Origin: Octopus bimaculoides | Taxonomy: Eukaryota | Direction: 5' to 3' | Assembly (NCBI RefSeq): GCF_001194135.2 | Contig: NC_068983.1 | Location: forward strand, 137,708,486 to 137,772,485 | DNA: 64,000 bases | Shown: positions 40,619 to 53,049 of the stretch, one piece after another | Position numbering within the stretch: the stretch's first letter is position 1 | How the letters are laid out: each line of letters opens with the position of its first letter | The notes under the pieces: generated by a model | Told to the model about the DNA's origin: nothing | The model's input: only the letters and a program-made list of their open reading frames with translations | The model's database searches: none | Program-made: the position numbers and the translations under genes

Positions 40619-41867
40619 ACCTGCCTGTCGTCTCTTGCCCTGCTTCATGGCTGACCAAGCTGGAGCGTTTGCTCTTCCGCTTTCTGTTAAAGGGTTGTGT
40701 TCCACCCGTTAGATGGTCCATATCCTGTCAACAGCCGCTGAGTGGAGGATTGGGTATGCCGTGGATAATGATGCGCAGACACGCGATGTGGCTTCGACAT
40801 CTCCAACGTTTTCTTAATAGTGAATAGGTGTGGTCGCCTTTTGTTAGGCAGGATTTTCCGCAGCTTGTCTCATTGACGGAGCTACAGTCCTGGATCAAAG
40901 CGTAGACCAAGAAAGGGCGCTTGGCATCTTGAGTGTCGGTAAGAGCTCACAGCTTTCTACCAGCCGGGCAATGCAGTCGGTGGAGGTTCCACCTTGGAGT
41001 TTTATAGGGGATTAGTGGCGGGTAAGAGCGACGACGTTCTCGGAGAAACTCTCGGCGTCGGAGGGGATCAATTAACTGTTTTCTTTCTGGAGAATTTCCG
41101 AGGCCTATGGATAACTTCCAGAAATCCCTGGCCTGGAAGTGCTACTGGGGAGCTCCGTCTGTTCGAGATAAGCTCTTCAGACACGGAAGTTCTGTCAGAC
41201 GGTCTTGTCCGAGGTGTGCGCTGGGCGACGAAATCGTCCTGCATGCACTCGTCCAGTGTCCGTGCATTACTGACTTTTGGAGCTTTGTCGAACAGCTGTT
41301 GTCGCGTGTAGGACGGATCCGGTTATCAGCCGAGTCCATCGTGAAAATCACCGCGCTGCCTTCTTTTGTCCAGGAAGGAAAAGCAGTTTTCTTCTGTCTG
41401 GTGGCTATGGCGAAGGAGGTAGTGTGATGGACGAAATGGAAAGGACTGAAGACAGATACTTTCCTCTTCGGTCAAGCCATCATCGACATTTTCAAGTTCC
41501 ACTTAAAAAGGAAAGTGAGGGTACAGAGAGAAGTTCTTCCTTCCAGTAAATTTGTTGAGAGGTCTATGTGGCGACGATGGCCCGTATGAGTGTACCTGCT
41601 CTGAACATCCGTTTGTAAACCGGAGAATTTGAGAAGGAGTGAGGCACCTTCTTAGTGACATTTAGCAATCGAGATAACCAAAACGTGTGGGGTTCCTCGG
41701 TTGTCCCTGTGGAGAACTCCCCCTTCTTGTGGAATTTTTATTAATTGATTTGTTAATTGGTTTGTTACTTATTGTATGCACAGCATTTTTCAACACCCGA
41801 CATGTCCCTTGTATTGTATTGTCCCTATTTGTTTTGTGTTCAGTCCTTGTGGCCAATAAAGAAATCA
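40619..41867 (+). mobile_element. 5'-truncated L1/Tx1-clade LINE 3' end
   Basis: QPLSGGLGMP (GGLG motif); zinc knuckle CPRCALGDEIVLHALVQC; AKEVV*WTKWK. A 3' UTR with AATAAA at 41855. Bounded by (TAC)n and (TTC)n. Confidence 0.85.
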
Positions 41868-42596
41868 TTCTTCTTCTTCTTCTTCTTCTTCTTCTTCTTC
41901 TTCTTCTTCTTCTTCTTCTTCTTCTTCTTCTTCTTCTTCTTCTTCTTCTTCTTCTTCTTCTNNNNNNNNNNNNNNNNNNNNNNNNNNNNNNNNNNNNNNN
42001 NNNNNNNNNNNNNNNNNNNNNNNNNNNNNNNNNNNNNNNNNNNNNNNNNNNNNNNNNNNNNNNNNNNNNNNNNNNNNNNNNNNNNNNNNNNNNNNNNNNN
42101 NNNNNNNNNNNNNNNNNNNNNNNNNNNNNNNNNNNNNNNNNNNNNNNNNNNNNNNNNNNNNNNNNNNNNNNNNNNNNNNNNNNNNNNNNNNNNNNNNNNN
42201 NNNNNNNNNNNNNNNNNNNNNNNNNNNNNNNNNNNNNNNNNNNNNNNNNNNNNNNNNNNNNNNNNNNNNNNNNNNNNNNNNNNNNNNNNNNNNNNNNNNN
42301 NNNNNNNNNNNNNNNNNNNNNNNNNNNNNNNNNNNNNNNNNNNNNNNNNNNNNNNNNNNNNNNNNNNNNNNNNNNNNNNNNNNNNNNNNNNNNNNNNNNN
42401 NNNNNNNNNNNNNNNNNNNNNNNNNNNNNNNNNNNNNNNNNNNNNNNNNNNNNNNNNNNNNNNNNNNNNNNNNNNNNNNNNNNNNNNNNNNNNNNNNNNN
42501 NNNNNNNNNNNNNNNNNNNNNNNNNNNNNNNNNNNNNNNNNNNNNNNNNNNNNNNNNNNNNNNNNNNNNNNNNNNNNNNNNNNNNNNNNNNNNNNN

Positions 42597-42862
42597 CTAT
42601 CTGTGTGTATTGGCATATCCCAGAGTATGGTTGCTTTCTCGTTTTCTGTGACCTTTTCTGGCGTGTGTTTATACCATCTTTTTTCTGTTGTTATTCCATA
42701 GTGTTGGCATAGCTTCCAGTGTATATAGGGCCCTGTTCTGTCGTGTCTGTGAATATATTCCTTCTTAGCCAGGACTGGGCAGCCAGAGATAATATGATTT
42801 ATTGTTTCTTGTCCATCTCCACAAATTCTACAGTTACTTGTTATGTTTCTTTTCATTATATG

Positions 42863-42865
<3 letters not shown>
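42597..42865 (-). mobile_element. R4/Dong-type CCHC/RLE fragment, 3' part lost in the gap 41962-42596
   Basis: NCRICGDGQETINHIISGCPVLAKKEYIHRHDRTGPYIHWKLC..TILWDMPIHTD. It starts at a (TAA)n tract. Confidence 0.85.
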
Positions 42866-42898
<33 letters not shown>

Positions 42899-42900
<2 letters not shown>

Positions 42901-45289
42901 TAGATTAGACTGTTGGAAAAGAAAAAAATCCTAACATCGGGCTACAACAAGTAACCTAAGATGCTAAGAACCCTCGTAAGTATCCTTGTTGTTCCTAATA
43001 GCATTGTTTTCTGGAGCTGTACTAAACTGGGTTTTATGCCTATTTACTCTATTCATCTGTTCAAATTTTTAGGGATCGTTCCCAATGCACCTATAACAAC
43101 TGGGATACATTTTACCCGCTCTGTAATTCAATGGCTAGGTCTTGATACTTTGCTATTTTTTGTATACTCTCATATTGATTTTTTCATAATTTGGAACTGT
43201 AAAGTCAATTATCTGGCACTTGCTATTCTCTTTATCTACTACTACTAAATCAGGCCTTCTAGCTTCTATTACTCTGTCAGTCTGAATGTTAAAGTCCCAC
43301 AACATCTTATATTTCTTACTTTCTAGTACTTTACTAGGTTCATGTTCATACCATTTATCAGTATGTTCAAATCCTAGCTTTCTACATATCTCCCAGTGGA
43401 TTACTCTGCCTAGGTTGTCGTGTCTTTTCTTGTATTCTTTCTGTGCCAGCATGCTACATTCACTTTCTATATAAGTAACACTTTCCTCTTTTGATTTGCC
43501 ATAACCTACATTGGGAATCTACTTGATTCTTGTCTATCTTGGCCTTTATCCAATTAATCCTTAATCCTCGATCTTGTGCTGCTACTAACAAATTTCCTGT
43601 CTCCCTTTTCAGCCTTCCTTTCTGCAACCATAACCATGTCTCACTTCTACTATTTGCTGCAACTATCTTTGAGAATCTACCATGCAAAGCCTTCTCCTGC
43701 CAGTCAGATAAGTTCTTTCCTATTTTCTGGTTTTAACTTCGTTTGGGTTTTTGGTTTCCCTATGTTTTGCTGTGACTCTAGCAGCTTTTAACAAACTGTC
43801 TTCACTATTACCTACATAGGAGTCTATATCTACTCTAGCTAGCTCCACGCAGTCTTCTACTGATATTAACCCTCTTCACCTTCTTTTCTAGGTAGGTATA
43901 ATCTTGCTACTCCTGTCCTTGGGTGGAGGCCTCCATTCATGTTGAATTCCTTCTAGTTCTTCTGTCTAGCTTTGCTAATTTAATTTTCCTTCAATCTACA
44001 AAAGCTGCTGAGTATCTAAGTAATGATATTGCCCAAGTATTTACAGCCTTCCCTAGATTCGGAGCATTTAGCTTTGACTTCATTAGCTTCCTCACCTTTC
44101 TGATGTACTCCTCAATTTTCGTTTTTATTTCTATAGTTAGTACTATGCCAGATTCTAATACTCCTAGATACTTATAGCTCTCTCCTTTCAATGATTTTAA
44201 TGTCTGACCATCTGGTAATTGGGTGCCTTCCCTGTTGACTACCTGTCCCCTTCTCATGACTAATATTGCACACTTATCTATGCCAAATTCCATGCCTATA
44301 TCTTTGCTGAAGAGTCTTACAGTCTATATTAAGAAATATATCTCTTTTTCATTCTTGCTAAAAAGCTTCAAATCAACCATGTAGAGCAAATGGTTAATTT
44401 TTCCCTTATTATTTCTGAACTGATACCCTGCCTGTGCCTTTCTTAAAACTAAACTGAAGGGCATCAAACATAAGACAAATATTAAAAGGGATAACGAGTC
44501 ACCTTGGAAAATTCCTCTCTTAATATTAACTTTCTCTAACAGTATGTCACCTGAATAGAGGTCTACTTTCCATTTCTTCATGCTAAAGCTAATTACTTCC
44601 CTTATTGTCTGCTATACTGAATATACTCAAGCATTCACTTATCAATGAGTGTAGGATCATGTCATAGGCTTCCTTATAATCTATCCATGCTATTGTTAGA
44701 TTTTTCTTTCTAGTTTTTACTTCATTTAGAACTGCTTTGTCTATGTATAATAGATCATGCGTTCCTCTAGCCTTCTTCCTGCAACTTTCTGTTCTTCTGG
44801 CAGTAAATTCTGGTTGTCAAGGTGTTCGTAAATGCTTTCTGAAAGCATTCCTGTTAACAGCTTCTACACTAATGGTTAGGAAGTGATTGGTCTACTCTAA
44901 TGGTAAGCAAGTGATTGATCTATAATTGCTGGCTGTAACACCCTAGCTTTTATCTTTCATAAGTAGTATTGTTCTCCCTCTAGTCATCCGATCTGGTATT
45001 ATTCCTCAATTAAGGCGATCCTGAAGCGATCCTCAGCCTCCTATGTAAATTACTAAATTTCTTTAACCAGTACCCTTGAACTAAATCTGGTCCTGGGCCC
45101 TTCCAATTCGGCATTTTCCTAACACTTTACTCATTAATGCACTAGTTAGTCTTAGATTTGGCTATTTCTCATTCACTACTTCTTCCTTCACTTTTTTAAA
45201 CCATACTGCATCTCCATTATGATTGACTGGTTTATCCCAAATATTACTCCAGAAATTTCTAACTTCTGCATTAGGTTTCTCATCTTCAG

Positions 45290-45290
<1 letters not shown>
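42899..45290 (-). mobile_element. 5'-truncated, decayed R4/Dong-type retrotransposon (~2.4 kb)
   Basis: RNFWSNIW; RGIFQGDSLSLLIF..INHLLYMVDLKLF; MEFGIDKC..YKYLG; HDNLGRVIHWEIC..WDFNIQTDRVIEARRPDLV; LQKTMLLGTTRILTRVL. (TAA)n at the 3' end and (TAG)n at the 5' junction. Confidence 0.9.
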
Positions 45291-45349
<59 letters not shown>

Positions 45350-45375
45350 ATATGTATGTATGCATATATATACGC

Positions 45376-45698
45376 GGTGAAGGCGCGTGTCTAAGTCATT
45401 AGAGCATCCGTCTTCCGATTGTAAGGTTATGAGTTCGATTACCGGCAGCGCGTCGTGTCTGAGCAAAATGCTTTATCTCACGTTGCTCCAGTTTACTCAA
45501 CTGGAAAAAATGAGTAGTACTTGTATTTCAAAGGGCCAGCGGTGTCACATCCAGTGTCACGCTGAATCTTCTTGAAAATTACCGTAAGGGTACGCGTGTA
45601 TGTAGAGTGCTCAGCCACTTGCACGTTAATTTCACTAGTTGGCTGTTCTGCTGATCGGATCAATTGGAACCCTCGTCGTCGTAATTGACGAAGTGCCA
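45376..45698 (+). mobile_element. tRNA-head SINE
   Basis: A/B-box-like head (GAGTTCGATTACC), core CTGAGCAAAATGCTTTATCTCACGTTGCTCCAG, and a 3' half shared with 54909-55277. Confidence 0.8.
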
Positions 45699-45933
45699 GT
45701 TTTTATATTGACGAAGGGGTGATGAAAAGCTTCTGGCTTTAAGGGTGTCGCGAAAGGTCTGGCTGGAGGCCCAACCTTCCGAGTTCTTTTATAAGGCTTA
45801 GAAAAACTGAAGGACAGTTGCAAGTGTATGAATCTGAGAGGGGAATATGTTGTATAAAATCATAATTAACTGATCCTCTTGTATTTTCTTCTGCTTAAAG
45901 CCAGGAACTTTTCAGCACACCACTCGTGTGTAT

Positions 45934-46023
<90 letters not shown>

Positions 46024-46199
46024 GTATGTGCACATGAATGTTTTACATTCTCTGACTACCATTGACAACTTGAAGCTGTAATCGTCTGATTGTGTTCTTT
46101 CTGGTTTTGTGAATTTGAAATTACACAGAAGAGCAGGCGAGGAATGTAGAACACTCAGATATGGGGAGGTGATAAAGAGAGAGATAGTAAATTGTATGT

Positions 46200-46770
46200 T
46201 CAGGCAAAATTTTATTATCTAACCAAGCAGTTAGTCACGTAGCCAACTGCTCAAATAATTATTCGTATAAATCTAAAGTTATAATCCGAATGGTGAAACA
46301 GCACATTTCTCATCAGACTGGTATAGATGTTTTCTTTTTCATTAATCTTCAACATCATGTTGACATCTGCTGGGCAACTGATTTCAACTATTGTGAAAAA
46401 AGTTTTCTCTGCACCAGATCATTATGCTTGGCGTGTTGCGGTCGCTTCTTAATGAAGTCTTGACAAGTATCATCAGTGTTCTCTCCAATTATGTGTGATT
46501 ATGCCCTCCACATCTCTTCTTATATTTGTTTCCTCAGAATCGTCCTTTCCATGCATTATATAATTTTCAAATCCTGAAATCATGTCTCATGGACCAGTAG
46601 TACCATGAGACTATTATCGAGCAGCTACTTATGGTGTGGTTGATATCCTTAGTATTATTCCATAGAGCCTACTTCAGTTGTCATATCTGGAGTTTACCCG
46701 ATTCCTTGTCCTTGTTGTACATCAGGTATTTTGTAGTTATTACTTGATCCTTTATTGCAAAAGTATTTCA
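46200..46770 (-). mobile_element. Decayed CCHC + RLE fragment of a second non-LTR lineage (not in the ORF track)
   Basis: Hand translation across frameshifts: DQVITTKYL; KDINHTISSC..MRHD; NTPSIMIWC..TIVEISCPADVNMMLKINEKENIYTSLMRN; RIIIxAVGYV. Confidence 0.65.
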
Positions 46771-47499
46771 AATGTATGTACGCATGCAGTTATGCATGTA
46801 TGTATGCACACATATACATTCGTACGTGCACACACACACACACACACACACACGCGTAGTGCCTCAGCCTGCTAAAAATGCAGACAAATAACATCTCAGA
46901 ATAAATTAAATTTTTTATTTTATTTCATTCGTCGTTCTCACTTTTGCCAGATATCTCCAGAGTGCCTGGCTTCACAATACGCTCTGGCTAAATATCTATC
47001 TATTATAAAGTATTGCCCACTTCCCTGAAATGTCCTGTTGGACCACTTGGATAACCGAGAACAGCAGTCTCAATTCGATTTCATAAGAGATGGTGCATGC
47101 TAGCTGACCGTGAGATGCATAATAGCAGAAGCCAATAATTGATAATGAATAAAAATGGTGGGAATTATATTGACTTTCCTAATTAACTTTGTAACTGGCT
47201 AAGATTAATCAAATTTATCACTATAAACTTCATTAGTCAAATTTTTGTGTTAATTTTTTTAACAAACATAATTGTTAACAACTATAATAAATATAATTAA
47301 TATATTTCTTCTTTCCAATATAAAAATAACAAAGATAGATATAATAATAAATCATTATGATGGTAAAGCAAAAACCAGAATGTAACACAAGTACAGCCTC
47401 AAAATGTCCTGTTTTCAATTTAAGATGATTGGCTTAACACAAAAGTAGAAGCAGAAACACTAAAATCAAGGAATCGTACAGTAATTCAATTGAAAGAAA

Positions 47500-49130
47500 T
47501 CTTCCAATACAATGAAGTCAAGGTTAATCTGTCAAATTTGTAGTGAAGCAAAAGTCTCTAACGTGTTTACTACTGACAAAACAACATACAGTGAGGGGTG
47601 GAAATTAGATTAGTTGAAAAGGCATTTATCTCAGAAGCAACATATTTCTGCTATCGAAATTCTTAGAAACAGGATTATTCAACCATTATAAGTACTTTTT
47701 GAGGGTATTTCACATAAAGAGAGAACAGAAGTGAAAGAAATAAAGGCTTCCAAGGCAAATGAAATAAAGTCTCAGTGACATTATGTTATTCGCAATACAA
47801 ATATACGCTTCAATGAACTCTGTACAATATATATACAGGATCATATGGCCGAATACGTACCCTTGCCAATAGATTGGCGTAGTAAAAACTATGCATTTCA
47901 GCTTGTAGAATGGCATTATCCATTCAGATATGACGTTGGAAATTCGACAATCAAAATAACATACATTAATCTTTGATGAAAGTACGGATAGTTCTGTTAG
48001 TAAAATGCTTATCCTTTATTTCAAATTGAGGAAAATAGCCACTGAAAACTATATAACCAATTGGAGAAAATTTAAAGTGGATTCTTGCAACGAAGAAATG
48101 ATTATAAAGCGTGCAAAAATTTCTATAAGGCCAATCAGCCGGATAAAAAAAAATATTTACTTCAGGTGAAATATATTGTTCCTTATTTAAAAGAGCAACA
48201 CTGCTGCTTGGAATACTCTTCTAAAAGTGACAGAAATAGAAACTTTACTCAAGACAATCTATACAGTTTTATGTATACCAAAAGTTCGAAATATCAAACT
48301 TGAAGGAATAGGCAATGTTATGGTATATGAAACTTTGCCATTTTGTGCACTCAATGAGGTGCAGTGGTTATGAAGACATATCACTTTCAAAGTGCTTGTA
48401 CAAAATTATGGAATCTTTCTGAATTACTTTGAAATTGAAGTAAATAAAAATAATAATCCAATCATTAAATACTGCCGTCTGAGGATACATTAGGAAATGT
48501 CACGTTCACAATAAATGATATTTTTGATGAGTCAGCTGAACCTTGCATATGTCAAAAAGCAGTTTAACCACTATTGAAGGCCTACTGCTAAAGAAACAAA
48601 AGAATTATCGGATATTAAAAAACAGTATCTTGAGACAATTGTTTTCCAAAGTAACACAGCTCAAAATATTATTGCATTCTGCACAGAAGACAAAGGACAT
48701 TTTAACATTTCTTTCCTTCTTTTGTGAACATTTGGAGACATGATTTTATACAAGTGAACTTGAAGGGTAGATTTTCCTTCTTTTATGTTAGAAGTCACTA
48801 ATGATTTTGGCACCGACAGCATTTTATAGAGCAAAACATCATAAAAAATACAAAGAGATCATAAATTCTGATGAGGAAAACATCTTTGTACCTATAGTCA
48901 ATAAATGGTTTTAAATATTATATACCCTTCACAAAAGATCTCTTGTAGCATTTAGTGCAAAAACAGAATTGTAATGCTATCTATCAGCTCTTTGATATAC
49001 AACTATTCAAGTATCAAGTGCGGACTGTGTGTAGATTATTCAATCTGATGAGTACAATTAAATCAAAATCTAGAAACAGATTACAAGAAAGTCACTTGGA
49101 TATGCTTATGCGCATAAAAAGCCCACAACG
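47500..49130 (+). pseudogene. Decayed hAT-superfamily transposase with an N-terminal TTF-type zinc finger (ZNF862-like architecture)
   Basis: LICQICSEAK..LKRHLSQKQH (47520-47650); LIFDESTD (47966-47989); EVQWLxRH (48355-48380); C-terminal dimerisation motif QVSSADC..FNLMSTIKSKSRNRLQESHLDMLMRIK (49008-49120). Many stops; TIRs not identified. Confidence 0.75.
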
Positions 49131-49475
49131 GTTTAGAAAGGATACAAGCATTGAAAAAATTGGAAAATGCGAAGTATATACACCATTCCTGACTGTCAAA
49201 TGTTCGTACAGTTTAATGAACTTAGTTATTTTTATTTTGCTACTTGCAATTTAACATTTTCTAAAAAGAATCATGAATTTTTAAGGGAAGTGTGAATTAT
49301 ATTCTTTTTGTGTGAGAATTTTTCTCAAATATAAAACGTGTTAAGCAATATTTTATTTTAACCTAATATACTTATAATTTTTGTAACAAAGAAAAATACA
49401 CGATAAAATATGAACGAGAAAATAAAGAGAACTCGATGGAATGAATAAAATATTTCTTTTATTACATACATTATT

Positions 49476-49700
49476 TACATTATTTACATTAGACGGATAT
49501 ATAGACGGATAATAAAAATAATAATAATGACATCTGCAAAAAAATACCTTAGGAATGAGAACCCAGGTTGGGTTCCAAATCATACCAGGACACCTGATGA
49601 AGGCTGAAGAGTAAATCAGCCGAAACGTTGTGGTAACGACAAACAAGACGAGGGCACATAACCGTCTAATGTAAATGATGTACAGAATTCCTCATCGCAA
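49476..49700 (+). mobile_element. Penelope-like pseudo-LTR remnant
   Basis: Contains a hammerhead core, and a 25-bp inverted repeat (49476-49500 / 49658-49682, 23/25) brackets it. Confidence 0.6.
49588..49634 (+). ncRNA. Minimal hammerhead ribozyme motif
   Basis: GGACAC-CTGATGA-A-GGCTGA-AGAGTAAA-TCAGCC-GAA-AC-GTT-GTGGT. Intact core, perfect 6-bp stem II, palindromic ACGT stem III, GUU triplet, and stem I CAC/GTG. Confidence 0.7.
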
Positions 49701-50316
49701 AAGTATAGAACAGTTTTATTACGTACCTTTCGTAAACTATAGATAAAAATGAATTATCATCTCAAAAGTAAAAATAATTCCTGCATATCATGTATGTGGT
49801 TGCTCACAAATCTTTGTCCTACGAGGGCAATGAGAAATTAATCATCGCCACAAAAAAATCCATATTTGCTTCACCCCCATCCATCACCAATTAAGGCACA
49901 TCCTATATGTCACTGTTTTATTCTATAAACTAACGAACCCCCTATAATTGTATTTATATATCCTATACTTTCTTTTTCATCAGTATTGCCAGTCACGATA
50001 TATGTTTGGACTATTTTAGGCGTCTATCTCTCTCTTTGTATACAATTCTCAATAATACCTTCGCAGAATTTCACTCTAATTCAGTTCAGATCACAGTGTG
50101 TTTACATGTATGTATGCATGCATGTTTGTGTATATATATATGGACACACACACACACACACAGAGGCAATTATGCAGATAAACAAATTAAATTTATTAGA
50201 CATAATACCTTGGCTATGAAATACAAAAATATGTATATATGTATACATACAAAACGAGAGAAAGCAAAGAATGGAAACTTTCAGACGATGAATATTTGCG
50301 CATAAATATATAGATA

Positions 50317-50575
50317 CTAGCAGAAATACCCGTCGTCAACTGGTTTGAGAAAAAGGTGCCAAAATTGTACTATGAATATTGAAAGTTATTCACTGAGATA
50401 TTGAACATAAATAAGAAATGGCTGGTAAGCTCCATGTAGATGATAGAGCTGTCTTCGTCTGGCAAGCATTGTCTTCGTCATGAAATTTTACACAAAAATT
50501 AGCTTTTAATAGACAGGCAAACAGGCACGCACACACACACGCACGCACACAGATACTCATTTTTATTATATAAGA
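50317..50575 (-). mobile_element. Short non-autonomous Helitron
   Basis: Minus strand: A|TCTTATATAATAAAAATGAG ... GACGACGGGTATTTCTG-CTAG|T. It has a TC start and CTAG end, an AT insertion site and an eroded GC-rich subterminal hairpin. Length 259 bp. Confidence 0.7.
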
Positions 50576-51895
50576 TATTTATAATAATATCTTATATAAG
50601 ATATATTTAATAAGATATATATAATTAAATTAATTATAATTAATTTAATCTCTTCCATGTTTCTTACAAGTTGGTGTTACCATTTGAAACAATCGTACGC
50701 ATGGATTAAAAAGTTATCAAACTTTTAACATCTTCTCTTCTTCATCTTTAATTGTTTTGTTGAGTCTGTATAGGACTGTGTTCTATAAATCCTCATAATA
50801 CACCATATACTTGCATGATTTTCATATTTTTAATAAAATGCTTGCAATAGCAAGCTACATATACGCCTATATATATAAATATATATATATATANNNNNNN
50901 NNNNNNNNNNNNNNNNNNNNNNNNNNNNNNNNNNNNNNNNNNNNNNNNNNNNNNNNNNNNNNNNNNNNNNNNNNNNNNNNNNNNNNNNNNNNNNNNNNNN
51001 NNNNNNNNNNNNNNNNNNNNNNNNNNNNNNNNNNNNNNNNNNNNNNNNNNNNNNNNNNNNNNNNNNNNNNNNNNNNNNNNNNNNNNNNNNNNNNNNNNNN
51101 NNNNNNNNNNNNNNNNNNNNNNNNNNNNNNNNNNNNNNNNNNNNNNNNNNNNNNNNNNNNNNNNNNNNNNNNNNNNNNNNNNNNNNNNNNNNNNNNNNNN
51201 NNNNNNNNNNNNNNNNNNNNNNNNNNNNNNNNNNNNNNNNNNNNNNNNNNNNNNNNNNNNNNNNNNNNNNNNNNNNNNNNNNNNNNNNNNNNNNNNNNNN
51301 NNNNNNNNNNNNNNNNNNNNNNNNNNNNNNNNNNNNNNNNNNNNNNNNNNNNNNNNNNNNNNNNNNNNNNNNNNNNNNNNNNNNNNNNNNNNNNNNNNNN
51401 NNNNNNNNNNNNNNNNNNNNNNNNNNNNNNNNNNNNNNNNNNNNNNNNNNNNNNNNNNNNNNNNNNNNNNNNNNNNNNNNNNNNNNNNNNNNNNNNNNNN
51501 NNNNNNNNNNNNNNNNNNNNNNNNNNNNNNNNNNNNNNNNNNNNNNNNNNNNNNNNNNNNNNNNNNNNNNNNNNNNNNNNNNNNNNNNNNNNNNNNNNNN
51601 NNNNNNNNNNNNNNNNNNNNNNNNNNNNNNNNNNNNNNNNNNNNNNNNNNNNNNNNNNNNNNNNNNNNNNNNNNNNNNNNNNNNNNNNNNNNNNNNNNNN
51701 NNNNNNNNNNNNNNNNTTATGCAGGTGCTATCAGCGTCTTCATTTGAACTCAAGATTCAGTCATTGATAGTCGCTCTAACTATTTGGCTGTTTGCAGATT
51801 ATTGTATAGGCGCAACTTATAAGTACCTTTTTGTATCTTTTATTGATATTTGTGTTACTGTAGCGACCAGGTAGTGACATCAGCGGTGATGACAA

Positions 51896-51946
<51 letters not shown>

Positions 51947-52467
51947 AAATATTAGTATTGTTGGCAGTAATGTTAGTGTTACTGATAATTGTTGTAGTAG
52001 TGGTGATAATAGGGGTTGCGTTCTATGTCCACACATACATAGACATGTTTACACAAACGCACACATATAATGTATAGTCACACACATGTACACACACACA
52101 CACTCACACACACACACACGCACACACACACACACACACATAATGCGTTGTTACATTCATGAATACATGTATACAATATATATTATTCACAAACAAACAT
52201 ATAAATGAATGATGATATTACAATATTCCCAGGTAGCAATGTAGCAATGTGATGTAGTTGTATATGCCCTATATTTTTACATCTCTAAGCAATAAGACAA
52301 GATTGCTAAAAATTACACGCTGAATGATTGAATTCGTCAGCAATATCAATAACCTTTATCTTTAAGAAATTGAACGGAATAGAAGAACTTGGCCCTGTTG
52401 ATTTGAAGGAATTTTGATAAAAATCTTTCAAGACACATTTAAAAAAAACCAAAAAACAGAGACGTTG

Positions 52468-52568
52468 GTGAGGGAGACAGAAAATAATTCTTTCGTTAAA
52501 CTTTACACGATATCAGTGAGGGAGACAGAAAATAATTCTTTCGTTAAACTTTACACGATATCAGTGAG
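52468..52568 (+). repeat. Perfect 48-bp tandem duplication
   Basis: GTGAGGGAGACAGAAAATAATTCTTTCGTTAAACTTTACACGATATCA twice, followed by GTGAG. Confidence 0.95.
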
Positions 52569-53049
52569 AAATTCATTCAGGAAACCAGTTTATTGAATTT
52601 TGTCTCATTCTATTCTTTTCGAATGATTAATAGTGGTTGAATTTGTAAATATTGCTCTGGAAAGTAATGTACATTTGCTGACAGCTTTCTTTTCTTGAAA
52701 TTGATGCAATTTCTAAACGTATTCCAAGTAATTTAGTCAGATTTTATATCGAAAGTTCCGGTATAGCTTTCGAAATGCAATGAAAGTTTGTCATAAATGT
52801 TATTGTGGTACATATTTTGAATAAACTTTAATAACTTGCAACTAAAATTGGAAATTTTCATTGCAAAATGTCTTGTTACATTCCTAGATAAATGTTTATA
52901 TTTATATCCACGAATATTTATATCATCGTCATCATCATGAGCATGATTATCATCATCATGAGCATAATTACGATCATCATCATCTTTACCAACACCATCG
53001 TTATCGTTGTTGCTGGTGTAGTTGTCGTAGTCGTCGTTGTCATCATCTT

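Noticed and set aside
49045-49080. CTGATGA...GAAAC spacing that mimics a hammerhead
   Set aside because: Stem II does not pair, and the sequence is the hAT coding motif LMSTIKSKSRNR.
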